Assembly (NCBI GenBank): GCA_030770535.1
Contig: JASVEC010000015.1
Coordinates: forward strand, 1 to 64,000
DNA from: Batkoa obscura
Lineage: Eukaryota
Reading direction: 5' to 3'
DNA: 64,000 nt
Shown here: one piece after another, positions 26,029 through 39,061 of the stretch
Layout: each line of letters starts with the position of its first letter
Position numbering within the stretch: the first letter of the stretch is position 1
Made by a program: the position numbers and the translations under genes
The notes under the pieces: generated by a model
Seen by the model: the letters and a program-made list of their open reading frames with translations, nothing else
Database searches by the model: none
Told to the model about the DNA's origin: nothing

Positions 26029-26243
26029 GAATATGTCTTTATCTAAACACTGTTACTTTAATTAATATCAATATATAGATATATTAGTAAAAGCTTTAAT
26101 AATCTGAGAATTTCTGTTAAATTTAGTAAAAACTCTGTCAACTTATATAAATCATAATAAAATAATCTAAAATTATATCGGATACTTTTGCTTTTTAATA
26201 AAAAAAATTATTTTTATAGATTTTGAGCAAAGTTTTAAAATAT

Positions 26244-26340
26244 GTGGATGTATTTTTGTGTTTAAGAATCTTACTAACAATTTTTCCATTTAAATAGTGC
26301 TCAAAAGATGAAAAAAGCGATTAAGCCAAAAAAACACCCC
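26244..26340 (-). mobile_element. MITE copy inserted into the 130-bp repeat family
   Basis: TSD ATAT; flanks rejoin to match ~1750-1810. Confidence 0.87.
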
Positions 26341-26592
26341 ATATAGATATTAAAAATTGAATAGAAAAATGAAACCAATTTGGACAATCTTCATTATTGT
26401 TTTAAAACTGATTTTTTTAGAAAGCTATATAAAAATTAAATGTTATTTAATATAAATTCAAGTGATATTGATTAGTTTATAAACTAAACTATTAAAAGAT
26501 TTAATTATACTTTAATACATATTTTAATATTCATTTATCATTACCAAAGCTATATCTTTTAAAACAAGTAAAATAGAATTGTATAGCAATAT

Positions 26593-26691
26593 GGGGATGA
26601 TTTTCTTGGTTTCATTATTTTTTCCACTTTTTAAGCACTATTTGAGCGGAAAGATTGTTAGTAAAATTCTCGAACAAAGAAATACATCCGC
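26593..26691 (+). mobile_element. MITE copy
   Basis: TIRs present; TSD ATAT. Confidence 0.88.
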
Positions 26692-27280
26692 ATATATAAA
26701 ATTATTTTAAATCCATAAACTATTTTATTATTTTTTTATATGTATAAATGTTTAAGAAACTTGTGTTTTTTAGCTTGTGATCTAGTATGATAAAGCGATT
26801 AGCTAAACATGAAGGTTTTTAAAAATATTCTGTAATTTTATATGAAATTATTAATCCACTAGTTATAGTCAATAATAACATTTTCAATATAAGGTATATA
26901 GGCACTTAAAATTACACCCATGCATGGACCTTACTTGCTTCAAAATAGAAGCATATATAGTTAGTTAATATATAGAAAATATTAAGCTTTTAAATATGAT
27001 AAGTTACACGTCATTTCATTATATTAATATAAACAGTGTTAAGCACTGGTATTTAATATTTATCTGAGATTTAATTTTAGTTTTTGATATTGTTGTAATT
27101 AAACTAAGGTTTGGAATCAAAATAAAGCTAACTATGATTGGGTAACAATGAGCTAATTGTCTATTTTCGATCATTGACCAATCAAGTCAAAGTACTATTA
27201 TAAATATATTGGGGACTAAGTGGCACTAAACTAATTTAAGTTCTTTGTATTAACTATTTATATTAGTTTTATAAAATAAA

Positions 27281-30008
27281 ATGGATTCAAGTTTGATTAG
27301 TACTGTCAATAAATTACAGGACGCTTTTGCTACTGTTGGGGTATCGAACCCAGTAGATTTACCTCAAATTGTAGTAATCGGAAGGTAAACAGATGTAATC
27401 ATTTATTAAGATATTTATAACCTTATCTTAACTATATAGTCAAAGTTCTGGTAAAAGTTCAGTATTAGAAAATATAGTTGGTAAAGATTTTTTGCCAAGA
27501 GGTACAGGGATTGTAACTAGAAGACCTTTGGTTTTACAATTATACAATGTACCAGCTAAACAAAACCCAACTGAAGAAGGTATCTATAAAGCACGTACTT
27601 GTGTTCGTAAATTAACTTATATTATCTAGATCCTGAAGAATGGGGAGAATTTTTACACATTCCTGGAACAAAATTTACTGATTTTAACAAGATCAGACAA
27701 GAAATTGTTAGCGAAACTGATGCAAAGACGGGTAAAAATGCTGGTAAATAAATTTATAGTTTACAATAATTATAACTAATACATGAATATTAGGTATCTC
27801 ACCTTTACCGATTAATCTTCGTATATTTTCACCAAAGGTTTTGACTTTAACTTTAGTTGATCTTCCAGGGCTTACCAAAGTAATATTTTAGTAAATCAAA
27901 GCACATCTATTAAGTATTTTAGGTTCCTGTTGGAGATCAACCGAAAGATATTGAAAAACAAATTCGTGATATGATTTTACGTTACATTTCAAAACCAAAT
28001 GCAATAATATTGGCAGTTACTGCTGGTAACACTGATTTAGCAAATTCAGATGGTTTAAAGATGGCAAGAGAAATGGACCCTGAGGGAAATAGAACTATTG
28101 GTGTTTTGACAAAAATTGATCTAATGTAACAATAATAACAAAATCAATACCATATTAAATTTATTTATTAATATAGGGATCATGGAACAGACGTAGTAGA
28201 TATTTTAGCAGGAAGAGTCATTCCATTAAAACTAGGTAATATATATTAAAGTAACAATGGTACTTGACTAATTATTATAATAGGATATGTCCCAGTTGTA
28301 AATCGTGGCCAAAAAGATATTACCACTAATAAATCAATTTCTTCGGCTCTTGATTCTGAGAAATCATTTTTTGAAAACCATTCATCATACAGAAGCAAAG
28401 CACAATATTGTGGTACTCCATTCTTGGCTCGTAAATTGAATATGGTAATACACATATTTATATCACATATATACAATATGCTAATACTATTTAGATCTTG
28501 ATGCATCATATCCGAAATACTCTTCCAGAGATTAAATCGAAGATCCAAGCTGCTCTTGCAAAGTACCAATCTGAATTAGCTCAACTTGGAGATCCATTAG
28601 ATGACGGATCAACTCACCAAGTAATTTTTTATATTTGTCTAAATATTATTTATTTATTATTTAGGCCAACATGGTTTTAAGTGTTATCACCGAATTTTGC
28701 AATGATTATCGCACAGTTTTAGATGGTAAATCAAATGATTTGTCTACTTATGAGCTTTCTGGTGGTGCGAGAATTGGTTTTGTGTTTCATGAAATATTTG
28801 CAAATGCAGTGCGTAATGTGGATCTATTTGATCAGGTTAAAGATGTTGATATTCGTACTATACTTTATAACTCATCGGTATTTAATTTAATTTATTTTCT
28901 GATTAAACATTAATATCTTTTAGGGATCCTCTCCATCCTTATTTGTTGGTACTACTGCTTTTGAAGTCATTGTCAAGCAACAAATTCGTCGTCTTGAAGA
29001 GCCAAGTTTAAAATGTATTTCCCTTGTTTATGACGAATTAGTTCGCATTTTATCTCAGCTTCTTAATAAGCAGGTAAGCTATTTTCAATATTATAATTTG
29101 GAAGCTATAATGCCTTTTAAAGCTTTTCAAGCGTTTCCCTGGGCTTAAGGAGCAATTTCATTCCGTTGTAGTTAATTATTTTAAGAAAGTAACAATTCCA
29201 ACAACTAAACTTGTCCAAGATCTTGTTAAGTAATATCATTGTTATTTTAAAATTGAATTTAATGTAATTTTCTATTATTAAATTTCTAGTATGGAAGCTA
29301 ATTATGTAAACACCGCACATCCTGACTTTTTAACTGGTCATAAAGTAAACTAAGTCTTTTAGAAAATTAAGCTTACTAACACTTTAATCCTAGGCAATGG
29401 CAATGGTAAATGATCGTTTTAATCCACGCTCAACTACACCTAATGAGCCAAAACCACCTTCAAGTGGTCGCAACAGCACTACAGGTCTCCCAACCCCCAA
29501 TTCTGCAGCAGTTGAACAGGAATCTGGAGGCTTCTTTTCAAGTTTCTTCCCTAGAAAGAAGAAAACTACTGTTATGGAACCACCTCCAGCTGTACTTAAG
29601 GCTTCTGGAACTTTATCTGAGCGCGAACAAATAGAAACTGAAGTCATTAAGCTTTTGATACAATCTTACTTTAACATCGTTAAACGCACAGTTACTGATA
29701 TGGTTCCTAAAGCTGTTATGCTTAACTTGATTTCACAATCTAAAGAAGATTTACAAAGAGAGCTTTTAAGAGAGCTATATAACAATGATGTATTAGACGA
29801 TTTACTTAAAGAGTCTGAGTTTACTCAACAACGTCGTAAAGAATGCAAGAAAATGATTGAGGTAATTTAAAATTTTTGGTATAAAAATAAGGTACTAATT
29901 TGATTTTTATATTTAGGCCTTGCAAAAAGCTGATGAGGTAATTATATTAAATAACAAAAGTAATTGAAACTAACCTTTTTTTCATAGATTGTTGGAAGTG
30001 TTAACTAA
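27281..30008 (+). CDS. VPS1: Dynamin-related GTPase Vps1, many short introns
   Basis: [50 protein letters not shown] domain ([25 protein letters not shown]). Confidence 0.93.
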
Positions 30009-30328
30009 TTGATAAGTAAAGTTAGATTTTAACCTATTCAAGCTTTTATTCATTATAAGACAATAACTCATTAACAAAGCCATGGAACTTAATAAATTAA
30101 ATTAGTTATAGTCTATATTACGGAATTATTAACATCATTTTTAGAATTAAACTTCACTTATCCTTTAATTATACTTGATATTTAATTTTATTAGCTAGAA
30201 AAACGAATAATGTTTAAAGCTATTGATAACTAATAAATTAATAAATAAAAAGTTTATAAACAAAAAGTATTAACTGTTAAAGTCTTGAAATTCTCTACTA
30301 TTAAATTAGTTTTATTAGTTTGAAGTCT

Positions 30329-33300
30329 TTATGTAAGCTTAGTATAGGAAGGTGGATTAAAGATGCGATTGAGTACTTTAATTACATACAGTGGGAAACA
30401 TGAAACTGCAGTAATTGCCATTACTTTCCATATAAAACCAAAAGTGCATATAAAGTTTAAATCTAAAACACTATTAGTATCATTTAATTATTTCTTAATC
30501 CAATTACCAAAATCTTTTTTCAAAATAAACATTGAGGCAATATAAATTATTATTGAAAATATTTGAGAATATATCATATAACGATGCCTAACAAAAATTA
30601 GTACTATAAATGACATAATATAAGCAAATAAAGTACCATGTAGATATATTAAATGCTATCACAATAAGTTCATTCAATATCAATGCTGTAAAAGAAATTG
30701 ACACAATATTGATAAACTCAGCGTCAAAAAGCCACAAGGCAAGAAGCATTATAGCACCACCTAAATTGATTGGTTTTATTTTATTTAATAGAAAAAGTTA
30801 TTTGATTTACCTTGATAAATTGAAATTATAAGCCACCAAAGAAATGTTTTATAGCTAAGAGATCTCCCCTGTTTTGTGTTTTAATTATTTAGCATTAAAA
30901 GTTTAACATTAGTTACTTTAGTAAGGTCCTTATAAAGCTCTGGGTACATCATAGCTATAGTTTCATTGACATCGTGATCAAGTACCATAGAAAAAACTGG
31001 ACCCATAGTGTAGAGGGTGGCGTATCCGACCAGTAGCATGCCCTGGTATAAAGCAATTGGCGCAAAATAAAAGATAGCTGAAAAGACAGCTTGCATTACG
31101 GATATAATGAGCCCACGATGGATCACAAACTGTGCTAATTTAGAGGAGCGTTTATAACTATTGCGTCCATGCCAAATTAGTAATTTTGCTAAATAAGAAA
31201 ATTGTAAAATAGAGAAATCGGCTGCTAAAGAGGCTTGCTTCCCTTCTTTGCCAACAATTCCTACACCAACATCAGCTGCTAATATCATTGATACGTCATT
31301 ACCACCATCTCCAATAGCACATACTCTTCGACCTGTATAATTTTTAATTAGGGAAGTAAGTTCAGCTTTTTGGGTAGGTGTACAACGGCAGCAAACTACT
31401 GCAGGTAAATTCACCGAAAGAGAAATGAATTGTTCTTTCAATACCGGATCATTTAAGTACTGGCTAATAGAATCACCATCAATTACCAAACAACAATCTT
31501 TTTTCATTGCAACCAATTCAAGATCCCTTTGGGCATCTATAGGGCCTTTAATTTTATTTATTTGATGGATCAATTGGTTACGCGAAACCAGTTTTGAAGA
31601 AATAGCAATACAAGTAGCTGTTTCTATTTTATCCCCAGTAAGCATCCAGATCTTTATACCAGCATTTCTAAGCATTTCAAGAGTATTCTTAACGTTTTCT
31701 TGAAGTTTATCCTCTACACCTGTTACTCCAAGCAATTCCAGGCTATTTTCTAAATGTCTTTCAACTACTTCTTGGACTGATTTATTCCTATTAGACAGTG
31801 AAAGTTTGGCTTTACCGAGTTCAGATTCGAATGCCTCTAAAGTATTCATGCTAAGTTTTTTGCGCGCAATGACTAAAGTTCTTAGTCCTTCTCTAGCCAT
31901 ATTTGCACATTCTTCATCAAGCCATTGATTGTCTGTAACCCTTGGCGACATAACAGCGTCCGCCCCTTTTAAATAAAAGGTAATATCTCCACTTAAAACT
32001 TCTTTTACAACAATACCCATACGCTTGGTATGTGATGAAAATGGGAAAATATGGAGGATTTCATATTTTTTATCATGTAAACCTTCTTTATCTGTTCCTA
32101 TAGAAGCTGAAATAGTTATAAATTGGGGGTCTCTATCTGTTAAAGTAAGTCCACATGATTCTGTAAATTTTACTATCGCGATTTCATCTGGAGAAGAAGC
32201 TTGATAATTTCTTACACTCGTTCCTTCTTCTTGAGTAGGTGTCACGTTATGGCAAAGTGCAAGTGCTTCCATCAAATCTTTAACTCTTTGGGTCATGTCT
32301 CTTCTACCTTTGAATGCAGTCGTGGCAATACCGTTATTGTTATTGCTATAATAGCCTGAGGATGATCCATGAATTGAAACATTAGAAAGCCCTCTTTTAT
32401 GCTTACCACTTGGTCCGCTATTTTGGTCATTAGCAGTAAGTGAACTATTTAATGATTTGTAGGCTGTCTTTAAATGAGCAGCTACTTCATCCATTGTTTC
32501 ATGAGAATAGGCCATAGTACCAAGATGGATTTTTTTCAATATCATATCATTTTGAGTTAAAGTACCTGTTTTATCAGTTAAAAGATATTCAATACGACCA
32601 AGTTCTTCAGGTATTGTACTGGTTCTTACAATTGTACCTTCTATTTCTTTGTCTGTTTGTATATCATGAGCATAAACTGCCTTTCCCATATCTAAATTTA
32701 CTCTTAAACTTATCGGAATAATTGAAGAAAAAAGGATTAAAAACCTAAAAAGATAAATATACCAAAGTCCTTGGAATCCGTTTAGAGCAATCAAAAGGAA
32801 TGAAATAGCAAACGTTACTACACATAATATCTAAATAATATTAAAATTAAATGGCAATATTTATATAATATGAATTTACTTTGGCTATTTTGTTAAGTTC
32901 TATATCTAATAGCCCTACTTTTGTCTTTGGATGAGCAGTATTAAGTGCTGCTCTGGTGTCTCTCCCAGTATAAATAACAAGTCCAACTGCTTTCCCAGAA
33001 GCTAATATTGTGTTTGCCCAAAGTGTATTTTCAATATTGACAGGTTCTATAGAGTTGAAGTTTGATTGTTTTATAGTCCCAGTAAAAGAATAAATGTCTT
33101 TATGAGGCTTTTCTACTTCCGCATACCCATTTATCGTTCCCATGTCTTCTAAGCCTATTGATTGACAAGAAGGTATCGCAACCCTAAGCTTCCAATCGGT
33201 TTCTCCATCAAGTTGATCAGTACGTACAAAGCAAGATCCACTTTGATCTGAAGTCCACAACAAGAGCATATCTGCTGGAACCCTTTGATTTTTATGTAAT

Positions 33301-33896
33301 AATATTAAATTACCAACTTTAATTTTCGAACTTGGGCTATTCTCTGTTGAAAAGTTAGAATTGTGCGGTATTATTTTGCTAAATATTTGTGAGTTGGCCT
33401 CTTTATCCCTTAGATATCTTTGGTAGTCATCGTAAGCTTCTTTGCTAATAGTAACCCCTAAAACAAATATAAGTGGTCCAACATAAGTAACTAAATAGCC
33501 TATCCTTGTATATGGAATAAATTGAGACAATGCTACTAACAAAAAATATAGATTAAAAAAGTACTTAAATTGCTCATAAAGAACAATAGGCAAGAATGTA
33601 ATTGGGTTGTATTTTTGGTTTCTAAACAAATTTGGTGAATATTTTTTATTTGAGCCATCGGAACAATTAATGATAACTTGTCTTGTTTCATCTAATTCAT
33701 TTATCAAAGGTATCTCCTGAGCACTTATATCAGATTCTATATAATCTTCTACTATCTGTTCGTTTTTATCTTTATATGGTGTAAAGTCTGTATCTTCCTC
33801 TTGAAATCCAGTCTCCTCTTCACTTTGATTCCTTAAAGGTTCATAACCTGGTTTCCCAAAGTTTAATTTTTTCATCGAAAATGAATTCTTACTCAT
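30329..33896 (-). CDS. NEO1: P4-ATPase phospholipid flippase, Neo1/ATP9 class
   Basis: [42 protein letters not shown]-terminal PPSYTKL. Confidence 0.95.
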
Positions 33897-34166
33897 ATAA
33901 ATTGAATTTAAGCTTGCTTTGTAAAAAGTGAACTATTTAAAATAGTAAATAAATATGAACAAAAAGTTAATATTTAAAAAATTGATGACTTAATTATTTA
34001 CGCAATATTAAAAATAAATTTATGCAGCTTAAAAATACCTACAATATAATTGAAAGTAAACTAAACATTAGAGTATGAAATGATTCAACATCAAAGCATT
34101 TTAAATAATGACTAATACAACTTTTATATCGACTACCATTAAATACTTGAAGCATATGTATAATAT

Positions 34167-34265
34167 GGTGATATTTTTTTTGACTTAATTACTTTTTACA
34201 TCTTTTAAGCATTACTTGAGTGGAAAGATTGTTAGTAAAATTCTTAAACACAAAAATACATCCCC
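34167..34265 (+). mobile_element. MITE copy
   Basis: TSD ATAT. Confidence 0.88.
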
Positions 34266-34359
34266 ATATAGTTATAAAAAGCACCTAACAGTACCAATAT
34301 TCTTTATTCTTTAAAACTCAGTAACTAAATAATTATTCCACAGTGTTTTATCATTGTAT

Positions 34360-34458
34360 GAGGATATATTTTTTTGTTTAAGAATTTTGCTAACAATCTT
34401 TCCGCTTAAATAGCACCTAAAAATGGAAAAAAGTAATGAAGTCAAAAAAAACATCCAC
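34360..34458 (-). mobile_element. MITE copy, inverted relative to 34167
   Basis: Reverse-complement match to consensus. Confidence 0.85.
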
Positions 34459-35280
34459 ATACGCTAAAACCATTAAGATCTATAGAGTATATTAGTTCTT
34501 TTTAATACTCATTAAAGTTGCTGTTATATCTTAATACAACATCCAAAAAACATAAGACATTATCCTCCTTAAAGAGCGAGGTTATAAATATGTAGTAAAT
34601 AATATTAAGTAAAAAAGTTTAATTTATTGTACAATATCAGTTTCTATAGTTCCTAATTTTGTTCTAGTAAAAGTTGAAAATTAAAACTTAAAATGTTTAT
34701 TACTACTGGCTATACTTTAAACATAAATTGGGCATTTTCAGTTTTATACTTACATATTAATTGTGACGATATCTTCTATTTTTCTATATATAAAATACAA
34801 AATAGAAATACCCAACCCATCTTTAAAATGTAATAGTAGTGTGGTAAATTTCTGTTAGCGAGCTTGATAAAAAACAGCATTCGATATCTCTATATAGCTG
34901 TTGTAACTCTTTTACGACATAAATAACTACATATTTAAGTAGAAAATTTATTAGATTAGGCTAAAATTTAAAACTAGGCTTCAGAAAATTGATTATACAA
35001 ATAACTCACTTATAAAAATTATCGCTAAAAAGTTCCAAAGAGTTATAATAGTTATAGTTTCAGACTATGATTTAATTATTAAGAGTCGGGTAAAGTCTTT
35101 GAATGATTATGCTTGAGAGTGAAGGCTTATGGAAACACCTTAAATTCAAAAACCGAAATTTAATTTCAGTGAATAATTTAAGATTTTATTATAAATCAGG
35201 AATAAAGTATGAAATTAAAGTTATGGATCCTATAAAATTGAATTAAAGTTTTATTTATTTTCAATAAATAAAATTAGTGT

Positions 35281-36044
35281 ATGGAATTAACTCAACTAAC
35301 ACCGATAATAGTTATTAGTATATTGCTTTTAATATCGATAATATGCTTGTTCATTTATTTTATTTTAAACTATATTTCAAAGCATAAGAAGTCAAATACC
35401 ACTATAAGTTTGACAGAGATTATAATCAAAGACAATAAAGATTGGGGATTTTTTGTTACTGAAGATAAAGTCGGGAAGCTTATGTCCTATGATAATAACA
35501 AATTGTATTTCACAGAAGATTGTTTGATACAAACCAATAATTGCTTTAAAGATTCTACCAAACATAATTATTTTGAAATTGAAGCTTTAAATTTAGAAGA
35601 CGATGCCCAGTTTCACTTTGGATTGGCATTAAATATTAAAGATAATAATTTTAAAGGTAAATTTACTTTTTTAATTTTCAAGTTTATTAACTATAGATAG
35701 ATTCTAGTATTTTGTTAAATATATATTCAAAAAAAATTGAGTTATATGGTAAACCGATAGAATGGATAAATTTCCCAACCATTGATGAAGGGGATGTAAT
35801 AGGTTGTCTTTACCATTCATCGCCTAGAAATGAAGCTATGTTTACTTACAATGGGGAAGAAATAATCACCCTTAAGTTTGGGTTTAACAAAGCTAAATTA
35901 TTTCCGACCATCTATGGTATAAAAGGTTGTTTTATAAATTATAATTTTGGAAGGGAACCATTTCACTACCAGCCTGCTAATTATTATAACTATGGCGTAG
36001 TAAAACCTTCAACTAAAAGCGAAGAGCCACCTAACTATTCTTAA
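35281..36044 (+). CDS. Membrane-anchored SPRY-domain protein (Ssh4/Ear1-like), one intron
   Basis: N-terminal TM helix, YFEI, EGDVIGC, FTYNG, LFPTI, NFGREPF, C-terminal PPNY motif. Confidence 0.75.
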
Positions 36045-37066
36045 TTGTAAAAGTAAAAAGTTTTATGTTTAATAATTTTTAAGGTATCCCTTCATTATTG
36101 ATTGTATTTATTAAGATTATCATGATATGTTTAAGCATAATATGATATGATAAATTAAACTTTATTTTAATAGGAATTGTTATAAAATCGCTAGCACTAT
36201 TGTAGTGTAATTGAATGGAAGTATCAGCTTTCTACTTCTCAATATACTAAGAAATCGAGTACTAATTATATAAATTAAACATGTGCAAGAATTTTTACAT
36301 TTGTAAATATAATCAATCATTTTAAAAGTTCATCAAATTAGCCATTTTACTGCTATGTTTTTATGAATACTATTTGTAATATGAATTTGATTTAATAAAT
36401 AACTAAGATAGAGTAAATGATATCTAAATTTGTTGAAACATGATAATAAATATACTTTATATTTATCCATATAATTTACATGTTGTTTTTATATTCTTTA
36501 TATCCTTTATATGACAAATGTCATCTCCCGGTTTGACCAAAATCTCCATTTTATATATACAATAAAAACAAGTGTTTTATTATACTTCAAATTTTTTAAA
36601 TTTAATTCACCAGTAAACCGTGTATGATCAGTTAATATTCTATCAAAATTATTCATGCTTTAACAATATACTTAATCTGATTTACTTAGGAGATATAAAA
36701 ATCAAATCGGAAAACCCAGACATCTTTACTGAATAATTGATAATTTAAGCATGCTAACCATCTAATACATGATATTTTTTATAAAAAGTTTACATTTTAA
36801 TAAACAAACTGTCATCCAAAGTTAACTGAGTTTATAAACTTTTTTTGACTATTTTTGCTTTGTTTCTTAAAACTCAATTTTATTGTTGTCAATAGGCATA
36901 ACATATCTAATATTAAAATTATATTTGGTATCTGATTTAATAATGAATGCATTGCCAACTAGTCAATGATAATATATGAGTTTTAAAAAAATCGTAATTC
37001 TGGCTTGTTATAAAACTGAATTATAAAATCGCATATAACATTTAAAACTTAAAATTTTATACAGAT

Positions 37067-37164
37067 GGGAGTGTTTTTTTTGACTTCATTATTTTTTCCA
37101 TTTTTTAAGCGCTATTTAAGCGGAAAATTATTAATAAAATTCTTAAACACAAAAATACATCCCC
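37067..37164 (+). mobile_element. MITE copy
   Basis: TSD AGAT at 37063-37066 and 37165-37168. Confidence 0.92.
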
Positions 37165-37421
37165 AGATACTAGCTTTAATTTTTATTTGTATTTAATGTT
37201 TCTATATTGAATGTACCAAAATTCAGGGATAACTAACTGAGTTGGTATTTAGAAACTATGTTTTACAAGAATTTCATTAAAGAGATAATTTTGATTATAA
37301 TGTACTAATCAGAATATTTCGAGACTTAACCATACGAAAGGCATGTTGTTGAATAATATGAAGTTGCATCCTAAAATATCACTTTGCATAAAGTAATAAA
37401 AAAATACTTTTAAGTTATCTA

Positions 37422-38580
37422 TTGAAATTTTCTATATTTATAAAGGATTTATATCATATAGCCATTAAAATAGAAGGATTTTCATCAGCCTTTTTTACAT
37501 CTTTACTCTTAGCTACTACTTTAGATATCGTTAATTTATTTTTAATTTACTTAGAATCTAAAATTAGGCGAAAAATCGATAGTATTATTATTGTCATTAT
37601 CCTTACTACCCTTACTTCCACATAATTAATGTATTTGCTAGTAAAAATTATAAATACGGTTTATCGATTTACAACTGTAACAAATATTATACAGGCTAAG
37701 GTTGGATGTCAGTTTAATTATGCATATTAAACCTTCTTATTTCTTTGAGATCTTGTTTGCATTCTATTTAAACAAAAGAGCTCCCAAAATTACTTCAAAG
37801 CTGCTTGATAAATTTCTTTAATTCTCATTCTTTTCAATAGCTACTAATGCTGTTGTTTTAACTGTTTGGCCTGTAGTAGTAAACGAAGACTCAACCATAT
37901 TAGCCGATTTAATTTGCTTTACTGAATTCACTAACTTTTATTTTATTATGTGTGCTTATTTTTCTATAAAAGCCATTATATATTGGGATGTTTTTTTTTG
38001 ATTTCATTACTTTTTCCATCTTTTAAATGCTATTTAAGTGGAAAAATTGTTAACAAAATTCTTAAACACAAAAATACATCCCCATATAGTTAAATATACT
38101 AGGTTTTTATGCAAGTCTTAGTAAGGATTACAACTCTAATCCAAAATTATAGGTTAGTATTTTATTTTTATAAAATTTATTCTATATAATTGTGGATTAG
38201 GATTACAGCTACTATTGGAACTCACATAAAAACCCTGGAATAAGCCTGCCTACCTCCTATACTGCTATTTTAAGTTATTTTACTATTTATTAAAAGTATG
38301 TGATTTTGTTTATCTTGATTATACTCCTCAACTCAAATGATTACAAATGCAAACTTCCTTTATGGAAGGACAAAGTTGCTACTATAAAATTGTATATTAT
38401 GGTAGCTATGTATCATACCTCAGTGTTAGTCTCAGTAGCTTTCCGTGTGCCTGTTCATTATGTTTCGGAGTCATATTTGTTTAGCCACGGTTCTGAAAGC
38501 TTAGTAATATTTTAATTATCGTTTTCTCTCTTTCTAATGTTGCTTTCAATTTAGTTGTGCATTTTTACACACTAATATTA
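37422..38580 (+). pseudogene. Decayed 7TM/GPCR-like gene interrupted by a MITE
   Basis: Hydrophobic fragments, VGCQFNY (compare LGCQ in 61650-62561), TIKLYIMVAMY (compare FIKLYTILAIY), multiple stops. Confidence 0.5.
37984..38083 (+). mobile_element. MITE copy
   Basis: TSD ATAT. Confidence 0.88.
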
Positions 38581-39061
38581 ATAAGAAAATAAATAAATTT
38601 CAATATATTCAAGAAATAATAGTGACACAAAATTGCCATGATAAATATTATTGATCATTTGTTATATGCATTTCAAATATTCGTTTATATACATCTAAAT
38701 TCGATTTATAACAAAAAAGTATCCAAGACAAAGCCGGATTCTATCTAAATATGACAAGAAGATACGTAAATAGACTAATTATTTTAATGTCTATAGATCT
38801 ATAAAGACTAAAATTGTATACAATTATTAGCGTTTGTATTAAAATTCATTCGTGTCATAGAAAATCAACATTATAAATTTAAAAGGGATAATGCATTAAA
38901 AAACAATATTAGATAAAAAATCAAGTATTGACAAATAGTTGTTAGAGCAAACCAATAAATATATCTTTATTTATGTTAAGAATTGTTTGAAGCTAATAAA
39001 CAATAACTTTTATAACTGCAATAAAAATACTTTCTAATTATTTTTAAAACCAGAAAAACCC

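Noticed and set aside
34530..34581. Short similarity to 2065-2120 (GACATT..CTCCT.TAAA.GAG), a possible transposon end
   Set aside because: Too short and AT-rich to support without alignment statistics
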